From the NCBI RefSeq assembly GCF_037042905.1, contig NC_087249.1:9860001-9924000 (forward strand): a stretch of 64,000 nt of DNA, written 5' to 3'. Below the pieces are notes generated by a model that was not told where the DNA came from, did not search any database, and saw nothing but the letters and a program-made list of their open reading frames with translations. Positions within the stretch are counted from its first letter, which is position 1; each line of letters starts with the position of its first letter. Position numbers and translations under genes: made by a program. This document shows, piece after piece, positions 1 through 13,082 of this stretch. This stretch comes from Lytechinus pictus. Its lineage: Eukaryota.

Positions 1-1060
1 AGTTATCTTTTTTTATTATTAGCAATCAGATGAAAATAAAAATCAAACACTCATGAATGATTACGGTATAGCATATAGCAAGATCCCCTTCCCCTCGTTG
101 ACAAGTTGAATGAAGATAAAGCCATGCGGAAACATTCATCTCTTGGGGGAAAATGACCCCCAATCTTTACTTTTTTTTTTCCTTTCTTATCAACTTCTCA
201 AATTAACCATAAACAATTCGATGATAACTCTACTCCCCCTGTCCCATTACAGTCGTAAAACTTTGCATCCCACTTGGTCTGTATGTTCATGGTCGAATGA
301 AATCTGACCAATGAAATCACAGAAATCTCGGGAATTGCTCTTCAATCAGTGAGCTGAGTTTCGCGAGCAGACAAAGCACGTAGCTGTATGTACCGATGCA
401 ACAATCAGCGACATGCGATTGGTGGTTTAGTTCACCCATCGAGCCAATTAGCGAAAGGCGAATTACAAAAGCACGCTTTCTTCGACACGCCCCTGGCCCT
501 ACTATGCCTACAGTTCAGTGCACTGGCGCTGGCCGCCTCGTATGTGATGCAATTGCCAATCACGTTTGGCCGGACTGTATATATAAATATTCATGAGCTC
601 AGAGTCCCGCTACAAGGGGACTGCATGCGCTGACCTAGCCTAGCCTAGCCTAGCTGGTACGATCGAGTGCAAGCAAGTATCCAAAGTGTGGTCCAGGTAT
701 GGACGACTAGGAAGAGTCGCCATTTTAGAACTGTGAGTTACCCAATAAATCTGTCATCAGATAATCAAATTCGAGATAACAGTTGATTCGTTGAGCGCTA
801 TAACTTTCATAGTTTCATGTCAACAAGATAGAGATACATGTAAAATCGTTTGATGTGACAGAGGTACACGCGAGCACATATCATGCAGTCAATCAAGTAC
901 AAATTGTCTACCGGTACGCTACGTATACCTGATCTGAATGAACTATAGCTTTATCAGTCTACCATTACCGAACCCCGAACCGAACCAATGTTCGGCAAAT
1001 TTCTGCCGAACCTTGCCGAACCGAACCGAACCCGAACATGGCGCCTGACTTGCAGCACTA

Positions 1061-2365
1061 GTGCAAAGTTTGGTGAAAATGACATGGATTTCACTTTAAC
1101 TGTGGAACGTCCTGAAGAAGTTTTTAAAAAAATGTGATCTTATCTAGAATCACCTCCCCAATTACGAGCTAGTCTTTCTTAACTTCATTTTCTGGGACTT
1201 TCCTTTTCACTAGAATTATATGGAATCTCATGTAACAAAATCTCAACATTTGTTGGAAGCGTAAATTATATAATTCACCTATTGTGTTCCCATGTATGAG
1301 AGTTGAATGTGGGATGGGGCCAGGGGGAAAAAACATGCAGTGCGTTAACTACAGATCCGATGCGTTATTTTATGAAGCTAAACAACTTGAATTATTCCAT
1401 GGACCAATTTTAAAAATATGTCTACAATTTTGACATACTTTACTCTGCAATGCTGCCAAGAATCACGAATATGACCCCGAGTTTGAATAAATGGTAGAGT
1501 GGTTTTGTTTTTTGTCTTCACATAGATACAAAGCATTTGGCACATTTTTGGTGGTTTAGAAAGCACATTTTCTCTAATAAAAATACTGATAGTTTGAAAA
1601 CAAGCACATGAACCCCTATTTTTTAATGTTTGCACCTCTTATGTATACCTTCCTCTACAACTTTGCAAATGACATGGATTTTGAATAAAGTGCAGCATTT
1701 TTTGTACTTTGGTAGTTTGTTATTGAAATTTCACATTTTTTAGATTGGGTTTTTGTTATCTCTTACGCCATTTTTAAGAACTGACAGTGCTGTTAGACTT
1801 AAGATTGCAAACAAATAGCACTAAAAATAGATTCTCCATTCTAACAATACAATGATTAACTCTCTTGCAAAATTTGATGACTTTTTCATGTATCTTGACT
1901 GAGTAATATAGGTTTAAACTCATTGTAGTGATATTGCGAGGTCTAATAATGCCAAATTCTTTTGAATGCGCAATTCTTAAGAACACCCATTTAGGTGAAC
2001 TTTGAAGCTCTATAGCAAAAAATCAAGCACATGGACCTATGTTAATTTTTGCATATTTAGAATATTCAGGTTCTAAAGTATCTATGTGCAAAGTTTGGTG
2101 AAAATGACATGGATTTCACTTTAACTGTGGAACGTCCTGAAGAAGTTTTAAAAAAAATGTGATCTTATCTAGAATCACCTCCCCAATTACGAGCTAGTCT
2201 TTCTTAACTTCATTTTCTGGGACTTTCCTTTTCACTAGAATTATATGGAATCTCATGTAACAAAATCTCAACATTTGTTGGAAGCGTAAATTATATAATT
2301 CACCTATTGTGTTCCCATGTATGAGAGTTGAATGTGGGATGGGGCCAGGGGGAAAAAACATGCAG
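1061..2365 (+). repeat. Near-identical 280-bp direct repeat (1061-1340 and 2086-2365)
   Basis: gtgcaaagtttggtgaaaatgac...ggggaaaaaacatgcag occurs twice, differing only at a T/A homopolymer junction. Confidence 0.9.
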
Positions 2366-3439
2366 GGGCTCAGGACAATTTTGGCCCCCAAAATGCTATT
2401 AAAAAAATTTAAAAAAAACCTGGGTAAGCCTTATTCACTGCAATGTTAAGGCTCATCCAGTGTTTCAAATTTAGGCAGTTGGTTCAGTTCGGTTAAATTT
2501 TATTTATTTTCTCAGCATAAAGAAATGGTATATATACAATATGTACATGAATGACAAATAATATCAGAGATAATTGGAAACTACAGAAAAGTTAATAAAA
2601 ACTTGTGAGTAGTAGTTCCCAGTACATTGAATGATAATAACATGGAATGAAAAAAAATATGCACACACAGCATCAACAAACACCAGCAAGCACACAGAGG
2701 GTGTGGCGGTAAATGTATGAGATTTCAGCAAGGAGAAAGGAAACAATTATTTTGCATATACTTTCTTTTTAACTTAGATTTAATCACCACCAAATTGCAT
2801 GTATAATAAAAAACTATATACATGTACCAAGTTATTCTCGTAGAAAATTTGTAACAATACAAGCATAGCACTCGATCCGGGCGTTTTTTTCTCCAAGCAA
2901 TGATAATAATTCACTCCTTCATATGTGCTTAGCTGTGTTAGAGATCTTCATTGTGATAATTTTTAGCATAGATTTCATGGTTTTACATGGGTATGTCAGG
3001 GAATAATTTTTCTGGTATCGCATCGCAATTTGCTCCACATTTTTGAAAGACTGCTATGCATAGTAAAAGGAAACACTATACAAGTCTCTTGTATAGCATA
3101 TTTTTACATAGGACTGTACATTACTTAGTTGAGAGCTTTTCTCATATGACCAAAAATGCTATTCAAATTTGTAAAGCAAAATTATTCCCTGTATGCTTAT
3201 ATAAATGAACCAGATCAGGTTCTGTCATATATTGACCGTTAACCCCGATTTTAATGATTTTTTTTCATATAATTGTTTGGTTCAACTAGATGAACTTTAG
3301 CTTTAAAAAAGGGACCAATGGGTCCTTTTTGTATGTGATATTCATTAATAAACAACTTGTTTCATCACTTAAGCATGAAATTGATGAGATCAACTTAATT
3401 GTCAAATTAAGAAACTGTCAAATCTTTCGTTTTTTTCAG

Positions 3440-3578
3440 GTGGGGAATTTCCCTTATCCAGTGCAGACCTAAGCCAGCTGACCAACTACAACTCCCCGCT
3501 GGTGTCGGGCTGGAGTAATATTCAGCAAGGCCCTCTAACGGCTGCTATACAAGCTGCTGGTATAGGCAGTCATAATCT
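3440..3578 (+). CDS. MEF2: Mef2 penultimate coding exon (transactivation region)
   Basis: ttttttcag| acceptor and |gtgag donor. Translates GEFPLSSADLSQLTNYNSPLVSGWSNIQQGPLTAAIQAAGIGSHNL, similar to the vertebrate MEF2 'EYSLSSADLSSL...GW' segment. The phase-2 end joins the next exon in frame (CT|G). Confidence 0.88.
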
Positions 3579-4059
3579 GTGAGAATTCATCCATCCAACC
3601 TCCCTCCATCCTGTCCTACAATCTCTCTGTTTCTTCCCGTCTCCTTTCCCATTACCTCTCTCTGTCATTCTGACCACCATCTTCCTCCGTCCTTGCCCTA
3701 TTTCCATACATTTTAATTCCCTTGGCTTAAATAATCATTCTTACAAGACTTTTGGAGATCGTTTTCACGAATTAAAAGATTTTTATTGGCTTTTGTTATT
3801 AAGCTACCGAAATCATTGCTTATGATTGGCTTAGAGAAAGTTGTAATTGAGAAATCAATTTTTGTTTCATGAAACACCCCTTTGGTGAATCTCTGTGTCA
3901 GCAATTGGAATTTTTTTAAAGGTTTCCACATGGTTTTTCCAGCTTTGTCAAAGATTCACTTTTTGGTAATTTTTTAAAGTAGTTTATCTAAGATGCAACC
4001 ATGATAAATATTGGTTTTGTATTCCCTTTGATGTTAAGTGGATGACTATTTTATATACA

Positions 4060-4400
4060 GATTTATTCATTTATAGAGCACAGAAACTTTTCACCAAAGT
4101 TTATATTCTATGTCAGACTCCAAAATGCTTGTCATTGATGAAATAGATGTGTTTTTAGTTTTTTTAATTGTTTATAGGTGGTGATTTTCTTACTTCCAGG
4201 GGTAAGCTATTCCAGAGTTTTGGGGCTACACAAGCAAATGATTGATCCCTGTAAAAACAGGGAATCCCTCGAGGTGCGCAAATTGCGATCATGTCGACTG
4301 GTTTTACAACCTAACAATTCTGTGATGTAGCCGGGAGGTTGACCATGAAGTGCTTTGTATACAATTAGTAAGAAATTGAATGCTATTTTCCTGCCCAAGA
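4060..4400 (-). mobile_element. Decayed LINE (L2/CR1 group) ORF2 3' fragment in the last Mef2 intron
   Basis: Minus-strand translation gives FLLIVYKALHGQPPGYITELL...RNLR and APKLWNSLPLEVRKS, typical of the L2-like ORF2 C-terminus. Frameshifted. Confidence 0.75.
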
Positions 4401-4499
4401 GAGCAGATATTTTTTTTAATTTCTTTTTGAGAGAGTGAGAGAATAGGTGCGATTCGAGACCATTTTGACACTGTACCATATTATTGTTCTTGGATGCAG

Positions 4500-4749
4500 G
4501 ACGCCCTCCACGTCGATGACGCAACACCAACACGAGAGTGGAATGGACTTGGACCAGTCTATCAACCCCAACATCAAGTGTGAGCCGGTCTCACCACCCA
4601 AAGAGAGAAAGCTGATGCATCCACAGGGTCACCAACAGCAGCCTCAGCATCCGGGTAGCTCCCCTTCACACTATCCAAACCCTGAGGACATCCGCAAAGA
4701 CCTTCCGCCCAGCAAAAGACCTCGCATCGGTGAGGCCTGGGTATCGTAA
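4500..4749 (+). CDS. MEF2: Mef2 last coding exon
   Basis: tgcag| acceptor. Encodes IKCEPVSPPKER (MEF2 IKSEPVSPPRDR sumoylation/phospho motif) and ends PSKRPRIGEAWVS* (cf. MEF2C KRMRLSEGWAT). The MADS/MEF2-domain exons lie upstream of the window. Confidence 0.92.
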
Positions 4750-5844
4750 GGCCGGCCCACCCAGGTTTTCAGCACCATCTCATCGGAAGTCGGGGGACAA
4801 ACACGCAAAAGAGAGAGAGAGAGAGAGGTGGAGGGGACGACCCCGCTTCCCAGCTGAGCCGCTGAAACTCGCTGAAATAAAAAAAAGGGACTTGTCCATC
4901 AGATTTTATTAGCCTAGTTTGGTGAGAGATGAAAGAGGATTTTGAGAAAGAAGACTACTCTGCACTATTTTCCACCGCACCATGTATTCCAGCTGGGTAT
5001 TTTCTTCACAGCACGCATGCATGATTGTCCATTGTCATGTTTATTTTCTCTTTGTGTCAAACCTTACAGATGTTGGATGTGCCAACCAGAAAAAAAACAT
5101 TTGTGGCTTCGCTTTGCAGCTGCTACATCAAAGTCCGTAGCAGTTTTAGAGGGAAAAGATTGTCTTTCCTTGAGAGTATTGTAAGGATGTAGATGGAGTT
5201 TTAATTTGCAGTCATTTTGATGAAATTCCACTTTTATGAAAATCCCATTTTATCAATACAAATTTTTAAATATATTTTACATCAGATGCAAAGAAGAAAT
5301 GAAATTGTCAGCCAATTTCTTTAATCTTTAAATCATTATCTTGTGTTTGCGAGCATATGATACATTTGGGTTTACATCATACCCCATATACCTTACACCT
5401 AGTGTTCATAGATTTTCAGTTTCTAACAACAATTACTGTCGGGTAATATTCCTACAAAAAAAAAATCTTAATTGGGATGTATTATTTAACCGCTGACTTT
5501 AACGAGGCGATTGACCATGAAATACATAACAATACCAATGGATGAATCTTTTTGAGAGATAGTAAGCCGTACATTACAAAGCGTAAACAAGGGTGGTAAC
5601 ACTGATTTACTCTACTCATTAATTTGAAGCATGTTTTCTTCTTGTTTCCCATAGAAGAGTGTGACGGATTTCTAGACTAGAAATCAAAAGATTAAGAGGG
5701 ATGAAAAGTCTTGCCTGCCAAAGCAGGTGATAAAAAATATCCAACTCAAAAAGCAAGATGGCCGCTCCATATGGCCGAGAGAAAGAATTCATCATCAGCT
5801 GAGAAGTGAAAGGTGATTGGGTACCGGCAAGAAGTCATTCATTT

Positions 5845-5960
5845 AAAAGCTGTGAGCACTGGAATCGGTTACCAAGCTTAGCTGGGGTGATATAGGAGTA
5901 CCTTGAGCACCTAATAAGGTGGATATGTGCACTGTACAAATACCCTATATTATTATTATT
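5845..5960 (+). mobile_element. SINE/L2-like 3' tail fragment
   Basis: ccttgagcacctaataaggtggatatgtgcactgtacaaat followed by a (TAT)n tail. Confidence 0.5.
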
Positions 5961-8900
5961 GTTATATGCGTCATACCATGCTGCAACCAACCCCCCCTAC
6001 TCCACCCGGCACACTTTGATTTGTTTGGATAGAAAGACGAGACTCTTTAGTATTTTCTTTTTATATTTCATTATATTTCAGAGTACTGTTTGGTGTACAT
6101 AAGCAGCACAGTTTTTGAATGCCCACTCACTGCTCAGTGCTTGTGATAAATGTATTTTTTTTTTCTATACTCTATATGATTTGGCGGTGGAAAATGGAGT
6201 CGAACTTAGTCAGTCAGAGAAGGAAATTGGGATAAATGCTTTATATTATATATTTTGATATTGAAGATATATATTGTATCTTGTGATGTGCTCGTCCTCA
6301 TGTAGAAAAAACTGCACTTTGTATGTCGTTGGAGGTATTTGCGTCAAAAATTTGATATTGTGTGTTAGAATCATGAATGTTAAAATTTCACAATGAATAT
6401 CAATGCAAGACTGTACATTAGCCATGTGAGTAAGAAAAAGAGAGAGTCATTCCTTGGAAGAAAAGATATTCATGAAAGCCATATTTCTTGAGAATTACGG
6501 GAACAGAATATGAAAATATGTAGTGCAGTTTTATCTACAATTTATTGAGTGTGTGCGTGTGTTTTGTGTAATCTCAGTGATTTGATCTATTGTAGAATAG
6601 CTGGAAATTGTGAAAATAAAAATAAATGGCATCTGCACGAACAAGTCTACTGTTGAGCAGTGTGTAAGTGTTCGTCTTGTACAAAGCAACCAAAAAAAAA
6701 AGAGAAAAATGATAAGTTACTATCTATAAGTAATGCAAGGACTACATTGATTACATTCATATGTTGAGCTTCTTGTATTGCAAGATTTTTTATAAAAATC
6801 TTTTTTCTTTTCAAATGTCTGCTCCCTCAGTTCTGTGGTATTATTGATTTTGTTACATTGATAGAAAATGTACATAAATCGCCATTTTTGTTGACTTACT
6901 GTCTTCACTTTAATTTGATTGCAAATTTTAGAGTTTTTCATGATTCATTTGTATTGGGTTTTTCACCGCTCAAATGATATGAATTTTTGTAGGTGCAGCT
7001 GGATGGTTATAGTATTATTCACTGATCAATCACTCAAATTATATGCACTGGCAAGTTATGCTGGCATTTAGGCTGGCTTCTAAAAAACAATAGAATGGAT
7101 TTTGCTTATTTTGATTTGCAAAAGAGGACTGAAATATGCCGCTGTGTATACATTAATTATCTTGTTTTACGTACAATATTCATAGAGTGAATTATGAATT
7201 GATGGAATTTGTTGTAAAAATATGTTTTGAAACCAAGTGGTATCAGATTAACTACCTTTTTTTGTAGAGTAATGAAATTACCAAAGTGGATATTATGTAA
7301 AGAATAAAGAACGAGTGTGATGAAATACATTGGCACAGCTTTGTTAATAGCAGATCATAATTATATTTAGTAAAAAGTAATATAGGGGTTTTATCGCTTG
7401 TATCATATCTTTTCAAAGAATCAATTCTAGACTTCTATATTTTCCACATTTTTTTTTGTGAAGCTGTCTCTAAAACGCCAGAGATCTATTTATGTACATA
7501 TATATTGTGTCAAATGAAGAAATGAATTTTTAAAAAGAGAAAGAGAGAATATCATTTTTGAAAGATTTTATAAGATTGAAAGTCTTATGTACAGTATGTA
7601 CAGAAATCTCATCTTTACAAAATTACAACTGTGTTTAGAAAAAAAAATAGAATGCTTATCACTATCTATTATGTACATGTGAGATATGAGTTGAATACAT
7701 TGTAACTCTGACACTGTCTGCTATTTGGTTGGTTGTTTCTATTATCTTGTAGATAACTTGTTTCATTTAAATGCTTTTGCATTCTCTATCATGACTTTGT
7801 GAGTGTGTTATCATTTTTGTTGTATTCCTATCCATTTTTTTTTACCGTTTGGTTTTTACCCCATTGTAGACCTTTTTTTGTAATCTTATTCAGGTGCAAC
7901 TGCAAGCTACTTCTGTCTGATACTTTTCTTAAATTGCCTTTTTATTGTTCACTTTCTAAATCGCAGCCTGGTTATTGAATCACCCCTTTTAATTTTTTCC
8001 TGTTACCTTTCTTTTAAAACTATTTAAACTTCTTTAATGTTATCATGTTGCTACCTCAATTGTTGAAACAAACAGAATTTCCTTCTCTTATGAATAACAA
8101 GCGAAAAAAAATCTTTAAAAGTCACGTTGTGTCTGTTCATTTCTGAAATTCAATCGATGAAATCAAATATTTATGGAAGATTAAACATATCTTCAATTTT
8201 TTAAATCTTACTTTATATTAAATCAGAGAATAAAGAATTTGCTCTAACAATGTACAGTAAAAATACACAACATCACTTGTTCCTGTGAATAGAAATTGTT
8301 AGGGAACTGGTTAAATAGTAAAGAAATAAAAACTGGCTATTTCACCAGTTGGCCAAAGATTATTTACCACTGGATGTACAATAATAGACTATCATGAGGT
8401 TGCATTAAGATTGAAAAATGAACTTTTATATCTGCACATTCAATAAACAGGTAGTTTGGTAAAAAAAATATTAAATAAAGAAATGCAAACAGATTATACA
8501 ACTGTCATGTTTATTTTCCTTCTTGTTCCCTGCAAACCAAGCCTCCTTTCCCACCTCTGAACCTTTTCGCTTGAAACAAGAAAAACACGTTCACAGATCA
8601 CAAGGTTTAGAAATAGAAATGAAAGAGCACAATATTTTCAGGCCTGTCTTCCATTTTATTTCCCACAATACGAGATAACATTAGGGGGGATTTCTCTTCC
8701 ACAATGTAGAACCGTAACAGCTTTTTAGGCAAGCTACATGTATATCACTGTAAATTCTCAACTAAAATCCAATTTAATTTGGTTTGTTATTAATGGTCTA
8801 CACTTCTTTAATTCTTTACTTCGGATGCTCATGACACCATGAGATTGGACGGCAACCTTTGTCCAAATTTTTTTTTTTTAAAGGTAAGACAAGAAAATTG

Positions 8901-9309
8901 AAATAGTTCCCCACGGTAAATTAACAATGGCTGATCATCAGAACACGCATCCTTCCATGGAAACCACTATTACACTAATTTGCAAGTATAAAAAAAAGAA
9001 AGTACAAAATCAGACCATCCTAACACTGGTAGGTTGAATCCCAATTGTGTTAAATTTGTACAAGTAGAAAGACTCGGAGAGTGAAATTCAGACAATGGTC
9101 CGCCTCAAGTTTCTATTCTGACGAAGTCATAATTGAAGGAGGGAGGTGCTACTGCTCGAATGCAAGATTTCTTTTGTTTTGCCATTGTCAGAATGTCAAG
9201 TACGAACACGTCTGTGCCTTACCTGTTGTAACTGTGTCTCCGTGTTTGACGTGAAGCATGTACATGTAGGTAGCATCATCTTGTAGAATTCAGTGGTTGC
9301 TGGAACCAT

Positions 9310-9625
9310 TTGGAGGATTTCTGTTGAGGAATCCTTCAGATGAGTCCTTTTGATGGAACCTCCTGCGGAGTCCTTTGAAAAATCTTTGAGAAATGTCTGT
9401 ATGCAAACTCTTTATAGAGATAATCCTTTTGAGGAATTATTTTTAGGATCTCTTTAGAGGAATCCTTGAGATATATCCATTTGATGGATTCTCAAGAGGA
9501 GCCCTTTTGAAGAATCTTTGGGAAATGTCTGTATGTTAGTCCTTAAGAATTATTATTGGAGAAGTTCTTTCAGGATATCTTTAGATGAAAACTTTATAGA
9601 GATATTCTTTTGAGGAATCCCGTTC
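9310..9625. repeat. Degenerate ~12-bp tandem repeat (gaggaatcct-like)
   Basis: Recurring gaggaatcc/aatctttg units; gaaatgtctgtatg is repeated. Confidence 0.6.
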
Positions 9626-9944
9626 ATATACATCCACCAGGGCTCCTGGGTTAGCCAGTGACCCTCTCCATCTTACTTATTCACTTTTTCGCACATACGC
9701 CAGTGACCGAAAGTTGTCCTTGTAAGCTTCAAAATACTGGAACCATTAGCGACATGTAATAAGATAATAAGATACGTCAATAACTATCTTCAGAAAATCA
9801 CTGAAACCCCATCTTCAGTAATTGTATGTTAGAACTGTGACGATCCTACTGCACTTCATTGATGGCTCCATGCACCTTATTGGTACAAAGTTCCCTGCAA
9901 ACGAAAAGATTGAGGTCTCGTAGGCCAGTATGAAACTCCTAATG

Positions 9945-10347
9945 CAGACCTGCCAACCAGTACGTTTTTGCAACCAAATTACGGCAGTATGTTTTTTCTT
10001 TAAAAAGTATGTTTTTGTTAAAAAAAAATGAACGTAATTTACTGAGAAAAATCTCTATATGTCTATTTCATAAAACTTACACAAATATGGTTATTAGATC
10101 AATGTAATTTCAGGTAACTTGTTTTTTTTTTCAATCAATTTGATAAAGCCAGGGTGAGATATACACATGTTTAAATGTTTTTTTTTTCATCTGCAAGAGC
10201 AGTGCGCATTTTAGATGGCATGCAGCTTGAGCGTCGCGTTGAGCGAGTGCGCCACGCATTTTATTATGAAATACACTTTTTGGGGGAAAAATACACTTTT
10301 TTTTATCACAGAATACAATTTTTCATTTCCAGAGGTTGGCAGGTCTG
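9945..10347. mobile_element. MITE with TIR cagacctgccaacc
   Basis: cagacctgccaacc ... ggttggcaggtctg, with ctaatg on both flanks. Confidence 0.7.
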
Positions 10348-12243
10348 CTAATGTCAAGTCTGATTGAACACCCATAAAGTTGTAGACTCCAATTCTTGAT
10401 TGGTTGACATGTAGAAATGTACATTTTTTTCGTTTCTTTTTTTCTTTTCAATGAGATCATATAGTAAAGATATCCAGTATTTTCATTAAAATGTGAAAAC
10501 AGTCCTTGCATAGTGTCCTGGTGTAACCAAGTGGTCAGTCAGAATGTGTGTTGTTGTTGTCCTTGGGGGATAACTATGTCGTGAATTTCTGTCAAAACTC
10601 ACCTATTGCATACTTAAGCATCGTCTCTGTCACCTTTCAACTAATTCTTCACGGCTTTGTGTCATACTCCTGTTTCTCATAGAATACTGCGAGTTGAATA
10701 TTGCAAAGGAGTACAGCATTTCTTCTCTGTCAGCAAACACGGTATATTTTCATTTTATGTTGTTAATATCTTCCATTGTTCCTTCGTATAGCATCCATGT
10801 AGAGATAGGGTTATATCCATATTGCGAGTTTAAAAAGGATACAAAGGACCAATTCTATCTATATATTATAACAAGTTTCGTGTTTATAATCCCCATTATA
10901 GGTAAAAACCTCTATGGCTCCCAATATGCTGCTTCTATGGGAGTTGAACCTCCAATTAATATTCACTTATCAGTTGTGCTGAAATGAATGATAATATGAG
11001 CAGAATTCTGACATAATTTTTATATATAATTTTGATACAAGTGTTTTAACACCGAGTTTAACTAATCTTATACGATTCCTTTTTACTCTTTCGGTTCAGA
11101 GTGAACTGATTTTTCTATCGCGTTTTCATGTTTTATTATAATGCATTTTTTAACGAAGTAGAACATGTCTGGATAATCGATCAGAAAACTGAAAGTTAGG
11201 CTCACATGACGAAAAAAAAATTGATGGAGGTATGATAATGTAAATCCAGATACCATGTTTTTGAAATAATGGCTACTTTTTATCAACAACATGCAAAGCT
11301 TTGTACATTTTTGTGCAGTTGGGGGTGTACTGTATCTTGTCTGTGTTTTTGATGAATAAATGCAAGAAATATATGACAATGTGGAATTATGTGCATGTGA
11401 ATTTCATGGCACCATGAACGAAAAAAAATGTATGCTGGCCTGGCTGTTTGTTAATTATTGGAAGTCGCTCTTTTATATCCAGTATAAGTAGACTTGTTTA
11501 AATATTTGTCGAAGCGTTACTGCATAGATGTTTTCATAGGGGTACCTAGCGATCCAGTATTACAGCCAGTGTGTAGTACTAATTCGATGGAAAAAAATAT
11601 ATATTTTTGTTGAATATACAAATGAAATTTTAAAGAGATGATAGAGAATAACCATGCTATTCTGTATCACTAACCTCACAGATTTTAAAGAAAAGATATG
11701 AAAAATATTGAGTGCAGATAGTTTTATGTATGTTTCACAGCCTTTGTATATGTACATTATAATTAATCAGTTGTGGAATTACTATTAAAAAAATGATTTA
11801 TCTTGAATCTCAGTCTTGATTTTTGTTTTTTTTGTTTTATTTGTATGTGTGTATTTATTCGTAAAATAAGTTTAAAAAAAACCCAAGCTAACAGAGCCCT
11901 ATTTCGGAAAGATCATTTGTAGATTTGTGCATTTCCAGCTGATAGTAGTAGCATATTGAGGCAAACTTTTGAGCTGTTCTGAGTATTGAACATGGAAAAT
12001 AGTTCAAGCAAGCAAGCAATTTAAAATGACTTATTGTTAATTCTTTCGGAGTTGATGTATAATTGACCACTGCATATCTTCATGATTATTTCTTTTCATA
12101 AAGCAGAAACATTCAACCTGTTGACTACCGAATTCATAAATCCCATATTTGTTATGTTCAGGGACAACCCGGGCGAGATGGCAACAGGCTAAAATCTTTG
12201 AAAATTAAACTTTCACCCTTCGGTATGTCCGCTTCATTATCAG

Positions 12244-12500
12244 AGGAGTTATGGCTCCGTGGATAACAGTCTCCGGACTTTGAACCACAAGGTTCGGGGT
12301 TCGAGGCCCACCACTGCACTTGCTATCTGTGGCAAGGCGTTTATCTACATTTGCAACACTCTACCCAGGTGTAGTAAATGGGTACCTGGTAGGAAGAAAT
12401 CCTTGAATGCTCGAGCATCCGATCAGGGTAGCCGTGCTAAAGCCAGGGTAACAGTATGCAGCACTTAGAAACATTGTAAATGTTGGATATTATAGTTATA
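12244..12500 (+). mobile_element. tRNA-derived SINE
   Basis: A-box-like tggctccgtgg, B-box ggttcgaggcc, core cccaggtgtagtaaatgggtacc and an AT-rich tail. Confidence 0.7.
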
Positions 12501-12623
12501 GTGCATTATACTGAACAGTTTTCAATATTCTCTAGTGATAAAATGACCTCATTTTTATTCAAATAAGATCATTATTGAAACGAATAAAACCACTTTTACA
12601 ACTTGTATTCGAAGGCAGTGTCC

Positions 12624-12887
12624 TGGGCCGTCTTACAAAGAGTTCTGATTGATCCGATCAACCTCAACTATGGAAATCCATCATTGTCATATTTCCTACA
12701 AGAAATTTGAACAATGTCCTTTGTAAACAAAGAGAAGCACAATGAATTTTCAAGAAAACATTGAATATATCAATGTACATCAAAGATTGAAAATATTTAG
12801 TGAAGAAACATGCATAATAGATGTTGACGTTGTTGGCTTGCCATAGTAGTGGTTGATTGGATCAATCGCAACTCTTTGTAAGAGGGG
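12624..12887. mobile_element. Tourist/PIF-like MITE (second copy at 49347-49606)
   Basis: TIR gggccgtcttacaaagagtt ... aactctttgtaaga; palindromic arms. Confidence 0.7.
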
Positions 12888-13082
12888 ATGACCTACTAGA
12901 CCCTATAGTTTCAGATTCCTTGAAATTCGAGTCAAGATCTAGGAGTGGTGATCATGTAGTGAACTATTTTATTTGATAAATGTATATCAGAAAAAATATG
13001 CAGGGCTCATGTAATTTGCCCCCCCCCCTGTCCAAATGCAAAAAAGAGAAGAACTCTGGAAAAATCCCTATTCACCACAATG

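Larger units (their letters stand above)
4750..11810 (+). other. Probable long Mef2 3' UTR with tandem poly(A) sites (~8480 and ~11790)
   Basis: U/A-rich and relatively TE-poor, with several TGTACATA motifs. AATAAA near 8474 and ATTAAA near 11785 are each followed by T/GT-rich tracts. The extent is inferred. Confidence 0.5.

Noticed and set aside
4447..4499. 5' part of the 100-aa ORF as Mef2 coding sequence
   Set aside because: The phase-compatible acceptor is at 4499; the upstream part is intronic.
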